This document shows, piece by piece, positions 53,663-64,000 of a DNA stretch of 64,000 bases (its first letter is position 1; each line of letters opens with the position of its first letter). Under the pieces are notes generated by a model. The model was not told where the DNA came from and did no database searches. It worked only from the letters and a program-made list of their open reading frames with translations. A program made the position numbers and the translations under genes. The DNA comes from a virus: positions 32,001-96,000 of IMG/VR virus record IMGVR_UViG_3300020056_002227; one strand, given 5' to 3'.

Positions 53663-56353
53663 ATGGCGGTAATAGAAAATAACATATCGTTCTTTATCCA
53701 GTCTCATTTTCCTGCTATCTATAGGGAGAACGGCGAAGAGCTCGTTGAGCTTGTAGAAGAATATTATAAGTGGTTGGAATCGACGGACAACCAATCGATT
53801 TATAATGCAAGAAGAATGTTTGAATATCGGGATATTGATACTACTCTCGAAAAAATGCTTATCTTCTTCCAGAAAAAATTCTTAGCAGATTTACCTCTGA
53901 AAGAAGAAACAATCAGATTTGTTACTAAAAATATTCTTGACCTTTACCGAAGAAAGGGAACACCAGCAGGTATTGAACTTTTCTTTGCTTTATTCTATGA
54001 TGAATTTGATGCTGAAATTACTTATCCAGCTAGGTTTATGTTTAAGGTTTCCGATTCCAATTGGAAAAATGGCATATACCTACAGATGTTCCCTAACAAG
54101 AATAAATTTGTTTCTAAAACAGATGTTATATACACCTACAAAGATCTCCTTAGCAGAAATATATTAGGCTCTTCTTCAGGTGCAGTTGCAGCTGTCGATA
54201 AAATCAATTTTATCATTTTAAATAATATTTTGACACCCATCATTTATATTGATGAGGTGTTGGGTGTATTCGAAAAATACGATGACCTAATTACTACCAT
54301 TAACGGCGAAGAAATTTCTTTTGGTCGTGTTGCTGGATCTTTAAGCGCAGTTGAGATTGATACTGGTAATAAAGATGCTAGTACTGGCCACAAGATTGGT
54401 GACATATACAATATAAGAACCACTACTGGTAAGGGCGGAGAGGTGATGGTGACTGAGGTCACTGATGATCTATCTGGTAGTATTAATTATGAAGTAGAAA
54501 ATGGTGGTTTCGGTTACACGATTGAAAATACCAGGCTGATTGTTTCAAATCAATCGATTCTATTCAATCAAGCAGAATATGATGCAAACAAAGATGACTT
54601 GACATTTACTCCGTTTGAAAGATTAAGAGATTTTGCTGGAAATGAAGCAATTGTTGTAGGACAAGCAGATAATGTTGTAGGTATTGAGTGTGATGCTAGT
54701 GCTGGACTTCATGGTGAATTTAGTATTAACAGAGTAATCCTTACCGTAGATCGATCTCCGAATATAACAATTAATCCTAGCTGGGTTGGACTTGTTACAC
54801 CTAAGAATATAACATCACCTGGTGATATGTACGTTGATACCGGATTAGAAAGTGATGTGAAAGTCTTGAGTCTTGACAATGCAACAAACATCAATATTAT
54901 TACCGATCCGATTGCTAATTTTATTGAGAATACCGAACCCGGTGGTCTTGCGTCTGCTCCTGTTTTCCTTAATTCAACTAATTATAATGATGTACCACCT
55001 GCTGCGGCACCAATGTCAGGTACAGCAGATCCGGTAACGCTAGCAACACCATTGAATCAGGCTTTCAATATCGAAACACTTACCATTGGTTCGATACGAG
55101 AATTTGAGAATATCGACCCTGGCAGAGATTACACATTTGATGTATTTGCTCGAGCAAAAGATGATGTGTTTTCAACACTTTCTAGGAGGCCTCAGATTAT
55201 CAGTTTCGATGATCCTGCTTCTGCTGGTGTATTTGATGTTGGAGAAATCGTTGAAGAAACTAATTCGGGCCGCACCGGTATTGTTACAAAAACTAATACA
55301 CAGCAAGGCTATATTGGATTAATACCTTACGACTATTATGGGTTCTCAGCAGAGAACGAAATTATAAGAGCAAATGGTAATATACCTATATCTCAAGCAG
55401 GAGATGATCTTACTGAAGAAATTTTAGGATTAAACGCCATTATAGATGCAGAGACACAATTTTCTATAGGTAAGATTTCGAAGGTTGCAGTAATCGATTC
55501 TGGTTTTGGCTATGTTACTGGCCAACTTGGTGAAATATTTGATGACGACAATGATATTAAAGCAATAGGTACAGTATTTGCCGAGACACAAGGTAGTACC
55601 AGTGGATTCTGGTCTGAATTTAATTCTCATATAAATGGGTATCAGGATCTTCCAGTCGATCTGAACACTCCAATATTACCCACAGAAAAACTCGTAGAAC
55701 AGCTTGAGGTATTTGTCGCGGGAGTAGAACCTACAGTTCCCCCAGAGCTTGGATTGTGGGCAAACACAGTACATTCAGATGGGTATTCATATTTTGATTA
55801 TACACTGAATGGGGAAATCAATGCAGCAGATATAACACAGCTGAGAAAACTTTCTGACGGTGCTGAAGACGTTGCTCAAGACACAATTGATAGATGGAAT
55901 AATGTAGTTGCACCGAGTCTTAAATCTCAAGTTTGGTACAAGACGTATCCAGAATACTATGTGGTCTTACCAGAAAAAATATATTATGATTCTGCAATGA
56001 AGATTCAAGATAGTGATTTCTATCAGGAATATTCATATCAAATTAAATCGACTCTTGCTAAGCAAGAATATGAGAAATTGCTAAAAGAGAATGTTCACCT
56101 TGCTGGAACGAAGATGTTCGGTGACTTTATCTTTAAGGCATTAATAGGTTCACCTCAAGAAATGAGGTTTAGAAGAAACTTTAATACACCGGGGCCCACA
56201 TATAATAATGATGGTACCGTCGATGATGGTGCACCACCTGGGTCATTACCGGTGCTTATTGATTCACCAGATTTGGAGACACTTACAGTAGATGTAATCA
56301 ATCTAAGAGTCGATAGAGACGATGTAACCGTAGATAATGATTCTACAGTTTAA
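53663..56353 (+). CDS. 7: Baseplate wedge initiator gp7-like
   Basis: KNILDLYRRKGT...IQDSDFYQEYSY...VHLAGTKMFG; follows gp6. Confidence 0.8.
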   Translation: MAVIENNISFFIQSHFPAIYRENGEELVELVEEYYKWLESTDNQSIYNARRMFEYRDIDTTLEKMLIFFQKKFLADLPLKEETIRFVTKNILDLYRRKGTPAGIELFFALFYDEFDAEITYPARFMFKVSDSNWKNGIYLQMFPNKNKFVSKTDVIYTYKDLLSRNILGSSSGAVAAVDKINFIILNNILTPIIYIDEVLGVFEKYDDLITTINGEEISFGRVAGSLSAVEIDTGNKDASTGHKIGDIYNIRTTTGKGGEVMVTEVTDDLSGSINYEVENGGFGYTIENTRLIVSNQSILFNQAEYDANKDDLTFTPFERLRDFAGNEAIVVGQADNVVGIECDASAGLHGEFSINRVILTVDRSPNITINPSWVGLVTPKNITSPGDMYVDTGLESDVKVLSLDNATNINIITDPIANFIENTEPGGLASAPVFLNSTNYNDVPPAAAPMSGTADPVTLATPLNQAFNIETLTIGSIREFENIDPGRDYTFDVFARAKDDVFSTLSRRPQIISFDDPASAGVFDVGEIVEETNSGRTGIVTKTNTQQGYIGLIPYDYYGFSAENEIIRANGNIPISQAGDDLTEEILGLNAIIDAETQFSIGKISKVAVIDSGFGYVTGQLGEIFDDDNDIKAIGTVFAETQGSTSGFWSEFNSHINGYQDLPVDLNTPILPTEKLVEQLEVFVAGVEPTVPPELGLWANTVHSDGYSYFDYTLNGEINAADITQLRKLSDGAEDVAQDTIDRWNNVVAPSLKSQVWYKTYPEYYVVLPEKIYYDSAMKIQDSDFYQEYSYQIKSTLAKQEYEKLLKENVHLAGTKMFGDFIFKALIGSPQEMRFRRNFNTPGPTYNNDGTVDDGAPPGSLPVLIDSPDLETLTVDVINLRVDRDDVTVDNDSTV

Positions 56354-56386
56354 GATAAATAGTTTAAAAATCTTTTAGGAGAAATC

Positions 56387-57604
56387 ATGTCAAAACAAAC
56401 TGTCAATATTGGTACTTCTGCCAACGACGGTACCGGCGATCCTCTCCGCACAGCATTTGATAAGACCAATGATAATTTCGTAGAATTATATAATGCGCTG
56501 GGTGGAAACGATATCGTAAACCTCATTAATAATGATGAGGAAATTGAGCTCTTATCTACAGCAAATAAAATTTCGTTTTTATACAATACAGAGGCTCAGC
56601 TACTTGACGTAGATCCTACCTCACATCACGGTTGTATTGCTCATGCCCACGATACCGGTGCACTGTATTATGCTCATCAAGGTGAGTGGAGAAAGTTACT
56701 AACTGATAATGCAAATACGGCCGCACCAGTACCAAGTTATACTGATCCTTTGGCAAGGCATTCTTATGGTGAAGCAATTACAGGTTCAGAAACTGATGGG
56801 TATATCTTACAGACAAATGCTGACGGCACCTATCAATGGGCAGCTCCAGGTGATGTAACAGGTGCAGTTAGAAATATCTCAGAATTAGACGATGTTGTTC
56901 TAATCAACCTGAACGCAGGTCAGACTTTGAAGTGGAATGGTTCTAATTGGATCAACGATTCAGATTTAACTGGAAGTGGTGGTTCTGCTAGTTTTACAGG
57001 GCTGACCGATACACCGGCTTCACTTGGAAGTGCTGGTCAATTTATCAGAGTTAATTCTTCTGGTAATGCGCTAGAATTTACTGCTGCTCCCTCTGGTGGA
57101 GGTGGTGCAAGTGTATTGAATGATTTGACCGATGTTTCTACAGCAGGGGCATCTAGTGGACAAGTATTAAAATACAACGGTAGTAGTTGGGCCCCCGCAG
57201 CAGATGCAACTGGAAGTGGTGGCGGTACTCTCAGTAGAACAACAGAGACTGTGACTACAAGTGGATTAATTGGTAACCAGCAAGATGTGGTGATGAATTT
57301 CAACAATGTAGGTTCTTCATTTATGCTAATGAAGGTTCAGGTAAGCCATGCAGTTTGGTTCAGAATATATGTTGATGATGCTGCTAGAGCAGCAGACATA
57401 TCAAGAGTACAGGGTGATGATATTGCTGATGGTGAAGGTCTTATTGCTGAATTCATTTCAAATGGAGCAGAAACTTTTGATATTACACCAGCCATATTAG
57501 CATATTCTAATTCCGGCTCGAGTCTTAGGTGTGCAATAAAAAATGACTCTGGTGGTGCTCAAACACTATCAGTTACCCTTACCGGAATTATCTTAGAGGC
57601 ATAA
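56387..57604 (+). CDS. Baseplate-attached fibre/adhesin with gp9/gp10-like N-terminus
   Basis: MSKQTVNIGTSANDGTGDPLRTAFDK.NDNF.ELY; internal L.D..D...GQ.LK.NG..W repeats with Gly linkers. Confidence 0.7.
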   Translation: MSKQTVNIGTSANDGTGDPLRTAFDKTNDNFVELYNALGGNDIVNLINNDEEIELLSTANKISFLYNTEAQLLDVDPTSHHGCIAHAHDTGALYYAHQGEWRKLLTDNANTAAPVPSYTDPLARHSYGEAITGSETDGYILQTNADGTYQWAAPGDVTGAVRNISELDDVVLINLNAGQTLKWNGSNWINDSDLTGSGGSASFTGLTDTPASLGSAGQFIRVNSSGNALEFTAAPSGGGGASVLNDLTDVSTAGASSGQVLKYNGSSWAPAADATGSGGGTLSRTTETVTTSGLIGNQQDVVMNFNNVGSSFMLMKVQVSHAVWFRIYVDDAARAADISRVQGDDIADGEGLIAEFISNGAETFDITPAILAYSNSGSSLRCAIKNDSGGAQTLSVTLTGIILEA

Positions 57605-57608
57605 TTTT

Positions 57609-59951
57609 ATGTCAAAGGAAGCATATACAGTCGTCTTTGAATCTGGAGTTGATGAAAATCTATTTTTCGATTCGGGCGACGGCCGAGATATTGAGGTCAT
57701 AAGTAGACTATCGTCGATACCCGGTGTTGCTAGTGTTAAGCTTGACGAAGAAGAAAAAACATCTCTTTTAGAAAGTGCAGAAGTAAAAAATCTTGAAAAG
57801 GCAAAAATGCCGGTGAAGTTTTCTACTGCTTTCTATGATGGACCATGGCCATCCACAGTTGTTAATACCGATTTGGTTGGAGGTGCTGATCTTACAGCAC
57901 CCCCAGTAAGTAATGGTAATTCTTATGATTATCAACCTCTCGGCAAGGCTCTTATGTCATCCGTAAACATCACCGCATCTTCAGGTCCAGCTGGATTTCA
58001 TTCCTACCAAGGTGAAGATAATTTAGTCACTGCAAACTGGGAACAAGTACCTGTAGGACGATATGTTGATATCGTTTGTATTGAAGCTGGTGTACCACCA
58101 GACACTTCATATAATAGTAGAGAATACTATTTTGATTTTGCTGAATATGATCCTCGAACATGGAATCTCACATTAACTCCAAATGGCTCATCAAATTGGA
58201 TTGTAAGTGGTACACACAGAGGTGGTACACTTTCCAGTGCCAATAATCCAACACTAATATTTCATCCAGGCGATACAGTTAATTTTACCAATAATGCTAG
58301 TAGTTCTCACCCACTAGAATTGGTAGATGGTTCGGGCAATCAATTGCCCTTGGTAGATAACCAAGGTGCGGCAAATGGCGAGACACTCACATATAAAATT
58401 TCTAAATGGGGCAACGGTGGAATTCAATTCTACTACAGATGTACAATACACACCGGCTCGATGGTCGGAGGTGTAAACCTTAGCTTAGGTGCGAATTCAA
58501 AAATTGTTAAAATGGATTGGAGCAATTATGATTCTGCGATGAATGAACCGGGCAATAACCAGATCTCAAATCCATCAGCTGGATGGCTAGATGAACATGG
58601 TATCGGTGTAATGAGTGCTGCAGCAGGGAGAATAAACAGCTGGGCAATAGGTTCCGATGTTCGAGTAATATACATTCAGGATTATGATACCTTGGTCGCC
58701 TACAATGCAGTATTAGAGTGGCATAAAGCTAAAGCTGTAAATTCAGAAACTGGTAAAAGAAATGCTACAATTTGTACCGGGGCCTGGGGATTTTCGGACG
58801 AATATTATGATAAGGCAGTACCCATTGATAATATTACAACTCTCACTTATTACAGTGATGGTGGTGGAGCTACTACAGTCAATAGACCTGGTGGTGGCTG
58901 GGGAAATGATTATTCAGCATTTGAAGCTGCACACATGGCACCAAAGCAATTCCAAGACCCATTTGACAATGTAAAAAAATGGTGTATCATAGTACCAAAT
59001 TCTACTCAAAATAGTGCTCTTAAGGCAGCCAATGTAGCATTTGACAATGTTACCACTGCCGGCCATAGCCCAATTTATCACTTTCGATCAATAGGTAATG
59101 CTGGCAATGTTTTTGCCAAAGAAGGTACTCCACAGTGGGATAATGAATTTACTGCGAATGGTCGAATTATCAATATTTCTACCTCAGGTTTATCCGTGAG
59201 TGGAGGTAGTAGTTCTTCCGTATCCAATGTAGTATATTATCCACTGCGCGTTGGAGACAATGGTATGGAAGAAGAGATTAGTATCGGAGCATATCAATGC
59301 AGCCAATTAAAGCCTTATGTTGATTTTTATAGCACGAGGGGCCCGATTGTAGATCTATTTGCTCCGGGCAATCATTGGTATGGGCCATATCATAGGTATG
59401 GTAATCCAACTGACCTTTTTAACCAGTCAGGTACTACCAGCATTAATGGTGAACTAATGGGTTATTTCATTGGAACTAGTTGTGCCGCACCAGTTGCTGC
59501 TGGAGCTGGAGCTCTATTTGTTGAAGATTATTACTCTAAGACGAGAAGCTATCCCTCAATAGCAAAGCTGAGAGAAATAATGCAAAATTATGCAGCGCAC
59601 AGATTAGAAAGTATGAATCAGATTGACTGGTCAAACGCGCCTACTGCTACCCAAACAATCATAAGCCCAGCAGGTGAACTAGCTTGGCCCGGGCCGACAG
59701 TAACATATTCAGACCCAGGATCGGCTTTTCAACCTGTACATGCTACGTATCTTGGTTACAATTTAAGCACGGGTGGTTCCATGATTATGCAAGATTTATT
59801 CGGTTCAAAGAATCTTTGTACTTTCTTGCCCAAGGCAATCTTACAAAGTAATGGAAAATTCATTAACTCTAATGGTACTGGAATAAGGCGACCAAAGCCA
59901 GGAAGAACCGGCATGATGTATCCTCGTCGTCGACTTTCAATACAGAAATAA
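57609..59951 (+). CDS. S8 subtilase-like protease with inserted cupredoxin domain
   Basis: DEHGIGVMSAAAG, SIGNAG, VDLFAPG, GTSCAAPVAAG; insert contains SHPL...YRCTIHTGSM. Confidence 0.78.
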   Translation: MSKEAYTVVFESGVDENLFFDSGDGRDIEVISRLSSIPGVASVKLDEEEKTSLLESAEVKNLEKAKMPVKFSTAFYDGPWPSTVVNTDLVGGADLTAPPVSNGNSYDYQPLGKALMSSVNITASSGPAGFHSYQGEDNLVTANWEQVPVGRYVDIVCIEAGVPPDTSYNSREYYFDFAEYDPRTWNLTLTPNGSSNWIVSGTHRGGTLSSANNPTLIFHPGDTVNFTNNASSSHPLELVDGSGNQLPLVDNQGAANGETLTYKISKWGNGGIQFYYRCTIHTGSMVGGVNLSLGANSKIVKMDWSNYDSAMNEPGNNQISNPSAGWLDEHGIGVMSAAAGRINSWAIGSDVRVIYIQDYDTLVAYNAVLEWHKAKAVNSETGKRNATICTGAWGFSDEYYDKAVPIDNITTLTYYSDGGGATTVNRPGGGWGNDYSAFEAAHMAPKQFQDPFDNVKKWCIIVPNSTQNSALKAANVAFDNVTTAGHSPIYHFRSIGNAGNVFAKEGTPQWDNEFTANGRIINISTSGLSVSGGSSSSVSNVVYYPLRVGDNGMEEEISIGAYQCSQLKPYVDFYSTRGPIVDLFAPGNHWYGPYHRYGNPTDLFNQSGTTSINGELMGYFIGTSCAAPVAAGAGALFVEDYYSKTRSYPSIAKLREIMQNYAAHRLESMNQIDWSNAPTATQTIISPAGELAWPGPTVTYSDPGSAFQPVHATYLGYNLSTGGSMIMQDLFGSKNLCTFLPKAILQSNGKFINSNGTGIRRPKPGRTGMMYPRRRLSIQK

Positions 59952-59953
59952 AA

Positions 59954-59961
59954 TATAAATA
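59954..59961 (+). promoter_or_regulatory. T4 late promoter upstream of gp8
   Basis: TATAAATA. Confidence 0.7.
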
Positions 59962-59991
59962 ACCAATATCGTTTGGGATTGAGATGGTAAC

Positions 59992-61614
59992 ATGCCAGAG
60001 ATTTTAACTTCAGAATATAAGACAGATGCAACACGACGGTTTGCACAAGACGTGCAGACAAATAACTACTATGTGTTCGTATCTTCTATTAATGAATTTG
60101 TACCTGATGATACACAGGTAGCTAAGAATACGTTCTTGGAGCGAGTAATTTTTGGCAAAAAAATAAGACCAGAAGATACTCATTTCATGATTAAATATTA
60201 TCCTTGGCAGAGAGATGAAGTATTTGTACAATATGATGATACAGTACCTCTAGACTCCCAGAGATTCTATTGTGTTGTGGGCCCAAATGATAATGATACC
60301 GGAGATTATCGTGTTTATAAGTGCCTGTTTAACAATTATGGAGCAGGTGTACAAAGCCCCCCGGCATTCAACGAATCTTCAGATGACCAGATATACCGAA
60401 CAGCAGATGGTTACATTTGGAAATTCATGTATGTTGTATCTGCACTAGAAGAAGACGCATACAGTCATATTGGATATCTACCGCTGGTTGGTACATATGA
60501 CCAAGACCCGTCACCATCACCCAACGGAGGTGGAGGTGTTTCTGATATTGTCGTGGAAAATAACGAAGATAATTTTGGTTATGTGGAAGAAACCGGTAGG
60601 GTAACAGAAAGAGCAATAACAAACAGTACAATACAATATGTTCCAGAGAGTACATTCAACCCTCGTGGTAATTATTATAACGGTCAGTCGATATACTTTA
60701 CAAACCCAGATGGATCGACTTATCTTTACAGAATTACTGGATATAATTACGACGATACAATTAATAAGGGATTCATTACTCTCGACCAAGATCCCGTGGT
60801 ACAAGGTGGTGGAACTTCAGTAATTAAAGAAGCTGCAACCTTCAGCATCTTCCCTACGGTTGATATTAAAGGTGATGGTACCGGTGCTGTTGCTATTCCA
60901 AATATCATCGATAATACAATTGCGTCAATTATCGTACTTGATCCAGGTACTGGTTATAATAATGCAACTGCTACAGTTGTTGATCCAGAGAATGATTTCA
61001 ATCCAGAGGGAACCAACAGTACCGATGTAAGAGCTCAGATTCGTGCAATATTGACACCAAACGGTGATCACGGATACAATTTAATCGATGAATTTAAGTG
61101 TAGACATTATTCTTTATATGCGTATATTACAGGAGATGATAATAATCAAATCGGTGCCACCAATACTTACGGCTGTGTAGGTATCGTAAAGAATCCAGAA
61201 TTCTCCTCGGTATCGCCTCCTATCGTATTCGATAACAGGATTGGGGTTGTTAGTGAAAATATAGATAGAATAGTGGCCAACACATCGGTGGTACAGATAA
61301 ACTCTGATAACGATATTACATTCTCTGGTAGAATTCACGAAATTGATGAATCAGCAAATACATTTTATATTGCTGAATATATGGGACCATATGTAAATGG
61401 AACTGATGGTAATGGCGATACATCGCTTGATCTGTCACTAACATTTAGAAATGATACAGGCCAGATAATTGAAATAAACACACCTCAAGTAGATAATGTG
61501 ACCTTCTCCCCTTATGTACAAAGAAGCGGAAAGATTTATTTTATGGAGAACTTTAAGCCATTACCGAGAACAGAAGGGTCAAGAGAAGAATTTAAGTTCG
61601 TACTAGAATTTTAA
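59992..61614 (+). CDS. 8: Baseplate wedge gp8
   Basis: YRVYKCLFNN...TADGYIWKFMY...SGKIYFMEN.KP..R...EEFKFVLEF. Confidence 0.88.
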   Translation: MPEILTSEYKTDATRRFAQDVQTNNYYVFVSSINEFVPDDTQVAKNTFLERVIFGKKIRPEDTHFMIKYYPWQRDEVFVQYDDTVPLDSQRFYCVVGPNDNDTGDYRVYKCLFNNYGAGVQSPPAFNESSDDQIYRTADGYIWKFMYVVSALEEDAYSHIGYLPLVGTYDQDPSPSPNGGGGVSDIVVENNEDNFGYVEETGRVTERAITNSTIQYVPESTFNPRGNYYNGQSIYFTNPDGSTYLYRITGYNYDDTINKGFITLDQDPVVQGGGTSVIKEAATFSIFPTVDIKGDGTGAVAIPNIIDNTIASIIVLDPGTGYNNATATVVDPENDFNPEGTNSTDVRAQIRAILTPNGDHGYNLIDEFKCRHYSLYAYITGDDNNQIGATNTYGCVGIVKNPEFSSVSPPIVFDNRIGVVSENIDRIVANTSVVQINSDNDITFSGRIHEIDESANTFYIAEYMGPYVNGTDGNGDTSLDLSLTFRNDTGQIIEINTPQVDNVTFSPYVQRSGKIYFMENFKPLPRTEGSREEFKFVLEF

Positions 61615-61629
61615 GGAATCGGATTAAAA

Positions 61630-64000
61630 ATGCCAATTAATACAGATCTCAATGCAGCACCATATTTTGATGATTTTGATTTAGAAAATCAATATCACCG
61701 TGTGCTGTTTAAACCGGGCTATGCCGTTCAAGCAAGAGAGCTGACACAGCTGCAAACAATGTTGCAGAGTCAGATTGAACAGTTTGGCGATAATATCTTT
61801 AAAGAAGGATCTATCGTTAAAGGTTGTAACTTTACCGAATTAGATGATCTTCAGTATGTACGACTTCAAGATACGTGGATCCCATATGATGCTAATGGTG
61901 TTGCCCAAGCTCAAACTGGTTTTGATCCTAGAGCATATGTGCCACAAAGAGTAACTGTAGTAGCAGAAGGTGTAGAAACAGAGTTTGATGAAATTTATCA
62001 GTTGACTGGTGAAACGTCTGGTCTTCGCGCAAATGTAATTGCAGCTGATCAAGGAGTTGAGGTTCGAACTCCAGACCTCAACACATTCTATATCAACTAC
62101 CTAAATTCGAACGAAACAAATAACTATCGTGTTTTCCAGCCTGGTGAAGTTCTGACACTTTCTTTGCTGAGATTCAAAGCAGGAACACAAGATCCTGCCG
62201 CAGGCCAAGGACAAGCAGTAATACAGGGTAAAGTAACGACAACCAATGTCGTAACCACTACTGGCAAATCTTTTGGTATTCAATCTGCTCCTGGTATTAT
62301 TTTCCAAAAAGGTCATTTCCTTTTTGCTGATGCTCAAACACTTGTCGTTTCGAAATATAATAATTTACCAAATGATGTTAACGTAGGTTATAACGTACAA
62401 GAATCTACGATTGCCGCAATTAATGATGGTTCTTTGTATGATAATGCAAATGGCTCTAGGAATGAGAACGCACCAGGCGCTGACAGATTAAAACTGGTTC
62501 CATCTCTCACAGTTCTAACCTCATCCGAAGCAGAAACTGCTGCTGATTTCTTTACACTGGTCCGCTACCAAAACGGTAATGCAATCACACTAAGAGACGT
62601 TTCTCAATATAACGTATTAGGTGATGAGCTTGCCAGAAGAACATATGAAGAATCTGGTAACTATGTACTAGAGAAATTTCCATTAGGTACAGATGATCGT
62701 ATTCCTGCCGGTGCTTCAAATACTGAAGTTTATGCGGTTCTAGGATCTGGTATTGCATATGTTAAAGGCTATAGGGTAGAAAATTCTGCTGACAGATCAT
62801 TTAAGATTGATCAGATCGTTGAAACTGAAACTGTTTCAAACCAATCGATCTCTTTTAATTACGGTGGTGGCTATCCCATAGACTATAATAATGGTACGAA
62901 TTGGGTTTCTTCAGGAACAACCGATATAGATTGGCACTCGGTTATTTTACGAGATCCATTATCATCAAATATGGGCTCTGCAGTTGTATATAATATTACA
63001 CCCACAGAAGTTTATATGACAGGTGTTGAAGTGAATGGTGGAGAATTTGGCAACGATATTCATGAAATTTTTGATAGTAATGGTGCCATTGTTTTTGATG
63101 GTGATTTCGGTGTAACACCGGGTGAAGGTGGAACTTATCAAAAACAATCTGGAAATGAAGCACTCATTTTTCCCACTGGTCATCGCAGTCTTTTCTCAAC
63201 CGAAAAAATGGCCATCCCCGTTAGAGTTCGTGAAAATGTAAGCGGCATTACAGGTAATACAATCACAATTAACGCGAACCCCGGCGAAGATTTCAATTGT
63301 AATAATGATGAAGTCCTAGTTGTAGGTAGTGGTCCTTCACAAGTACGGGTTATCAGTGTTGCAACAGCTTCTAATAACAGCCAATTAATTATTGGTTGTA
63401 ATCCTGCAGATTCAGTTGGCTCACAAGCAACAGTATATTTCAATAAGAGACTTGTTGGTAGTACCGTAGACGGTGTATCTCCATTTGATAAAGTGGTTCG
63501 AACACCATATATCAGACAGACTTGGAACGCAAGCCAATCAAAATATTCTTTAGGATTCCCAGACGTATTTGATATTATCAGTATTACAGACGCAAACGGT
63601 GTTGATGTAACTGAAAGTTTCAGATTGATTTCTAACCAGAAAGATACCTACTATGATATTTCATATATGGAATATATTCCTGGTCGACCGCAGCCTACAG
63701 GCTCAATGTTAATTCAATTAAAAGTATTTGAAATTAGTCAAGGCTCTGGAGAATATTTCTTCACGATTAATAGTTATCCATCAACATTAGATCTATACGA
63801 TATTCCGGTCTATAAAGCCAAGAATGGATCATCATATAATCTGCGAGAATGTCTTGACTTTAGACCCTACGTAGATAAAGATTCGAATGTAGATTATACC
63901 GATGATGTTGCTGCAGCATCTGTTCCTTCTTCTGCTGTTGGTGACAACTCAAAAGTATTCACTACAATAACTCCAATAACCCCAGCTAGAAATGCCTCTG
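61630..64000 (+). CDS. Large virion structural protein (VrlC/DUF4815-like), runs off the right edge
   Basis: Hand translation MPINTDLNAAPYFDDFD...VLFKPGYAVQARELTQLQTMLQ...NAPGADRL...ARRTYEESGNY; AAGGA upstream; no stop seen before the window end. Confidence 0.85.
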   Translation, partial: MPINTDLNAAPYFDDFDLENQYHRVLFKPGYAVQARELTQLQTMLQSQIEQFGDNIFKEGSIVKGCNFTELDDLQYVRLQDTWIPYDANGVAQAQTGFDPRAYVPQRVTVVAEGVETEFDEIYQLTGETSGLRANVIAADQGVEVRTPDLNTFYINYLNSNETNNYRVFQPGEVLTLSLLRFKAGTQDPAAGQGQAVIQGKVTTTNVVTTTGKSFGIQSAPGIIFQKGHFLFADAQTLVVSKYNNLPNDVNVGYNVQESTIAAINDGSLYDNANGSRNENAPGADRLKLVPSLTVLTSSEAETAADFFTLVRYQNGNAITLRDVSQYNVLGDELARRTYEESGNYVLEKFPLGTDDRIPAGASNTEVYAVLGSGIAYVKGYRVENSADRSFKIDQIVETETVSNQSISFNYGGGYPIDYNNGTNWVSSGTTDIDWHSVILRDPLSSNMGSAVVYNITPTEVYMTGVEVNGGEFGNDIHEIFDSNGAIVFDGDFGVTPGEGGTYQKQSGNEALIFPTGHRSLFSTEKMAIPVRVRENVSGITGNTITINANPGEDFNCNNDEVLVVGSGPSQVRVISVATASNNSQLIIGCNPADSVGSQATVYFNKRLVGSTVDGVSPFDKVVRTPYIRQTWNASQSKYSLGFPDVFDIISITDANGVDVTESFRLISNQKDTYYDISYMEYIPGRPQPTGSMLIQLKVFEISQGSGEYFFTINSYPSTLDLYDIPVYKAKNGSSYNLRECLDFRPYVDKDSNVDYTDDVAAASVPSSAVGDNSKVFTTITPITPARNAS

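Noticed and set aside
56880-57230. Repeated GGAAGTGGTGG and similar segments
   Set aside because: Coding repeats of fibre motifs and Gly linkers, not a CRISPR array or DNA-level repeat element
61840-63443. Short minus-strand ORFs near the right edge
   Set aside because: Antisense shadows of the long plus-strand structural gene starting at 61630
1-64000. CRISPR array, alternative genetic code, MotA-type middle promoters, cyanophage photosynthesis genes
   Set aside because: No regularly spaced repeats; core genes are full length in the standard code; replication genes have plain sigma70 promoters; no psbA/hli/cpeT recognised in this window

Overview
The window is 64 kb of a T4-like (Tevenvirinae-related) myovirus genome, most likely marine and infecting a heterotrophic proteobacterium. 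The host is inferred, and no photosystem genes are present in the window. 1-15.4 kb, mostly minus strand: gp41 helicase (truncated at the left edge), UvsX, gp32, gp59, gp33, a heme oxygenase + ferredoxin-dependent bilin reductase cassette, a divergent late operon with a class-3 lipase and small membrane proteins, four tRNAs, a GIY-YIG nuclease, a sulfotransferase and dCMP deaminase. A divergent sigma70 promoter hub at 15.4-15.7 kb marks the strand switch. 15.7-40.3 kb, plus strand: topoisomerase II, gp3, UvsY/W, gp55, gp47/46 and gp43, then a glycosyltransferase/nucleotide-sugar cluster, then gp45/44/62, regA, dUTPase, Hsp20 and peroxiredoxin. 40.3-64 kb: tail and baseplate genes. Most notable: (1) a candidate DNA glyco-hypermodification module (two GREB1/TAGT-type glycosyltransferases, UDP-sugar dehydrogenase, epimerase, a third GT) that sits with gp43 between gp46 and gp45; (2) a U8 slippery site predicting a -1 frameshift that fuses gp26 to a gp51-like C-terminal domain upstream of a tape-measure candidate, in the style of lambda G/GT; (3) a GC-rich, potentially bistable RNA leader on a late-promoter-driven hemO-bilin reductase operon whose reductase has an atypical active-site residue; (4) a baseplate-region subtilase with an inserted intact blue-copper domain. 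All family assignments come from motif recognition by eye, not from database searches.
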